Below are positions 63,671 through 64,000 of a DNA stretch of 64,000 nt, piece by piece (position 1 is the stretch's first letter; each line of letters begins with the position of its first letter). Below the pieces are notes generated by a model. That model saw only the letters and a program-made list of their open reading frames with translations. It was not told the DNA's origin and did not search any database. Source of the DNA: Mytilus edulis (Eukaryota); the NCBI RefSeq assembly GCF_963676685.1, contig NC_092348.1, positions 20,150,001 through 20,214,000 on the forward strand. Direction: 5' to 3'. A program made the position numbers and the translations under genes.

Positions 63671-64000
63671 CAAACATGGGAACATAATATGCATACATGA
63701 GAAATGTTCCTTATATATTATAACAGTTAATCACATTTACGGAACATGTTCTCCCTACAAACGCCAATCAATCAATCCTTACATTTGAACATTGTTTTCG
63801 TACGCGGAACATTGTCTTTTAATGTTAGAACATATCTCCATACGTGAGAACATTTTAAACACACATTGGACCTTTCCTCAATAAATTGGAATAGTATGCA
63901 CATCAAATAGTATTAGTTACAGTGTGCTAGTGACCAAATACGGTATATATGGGGTCAGTAAATTCCATATGGGGATTCGAGCTTCGAGCTTCGCTCTCAT

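Overview
AT-rich, intron-containing, repeat-dense eukaryotic DNA, most likely a bivalve mollusc such as Mytilus (inferred from the repeat families and gene types; not provable here). Most ORFs in the supplied track are spurious. Three protein-coding genes can be built by hand, all on the minus strand. (1) A 456-aa Shisa-like/STMC6-type type I membrane protein with a C*C*CC*CC ectodomain and two PPxY motifs. (2) Immediately upstream, a 4-exon 119-aa type I membrane microprotein with almost no ectodomain and three PPxY motifs, largely missed by the ORF track. (3) An intact RING-less B-box/coiled-coil/beta-propeller (TRIM-like) gene flanked by two pseudogenised paralogues. The strongest hidden signals are RNA structures. 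A ~350-356-bp repeat dispersed through the window carries minimal type I hammerhead ribozymes (non-LTR retrozyme-like). A Penelope-like (Naiad-type) RT fragment is followed by a canonical-looking type II SECIS element, and a second, decayed SECIS-like homologue lies at ~11.55 kb. Also present: LINE fragments, a MULE deletion derivative with a 10-bp TSD, TTAA- and TA-flanked MITEs, two Helentron-associated (HINE-like) elements with internal satellites, several minisatellites and one assembly gap. No rRNA, tRNA or CRISPR array is supported.
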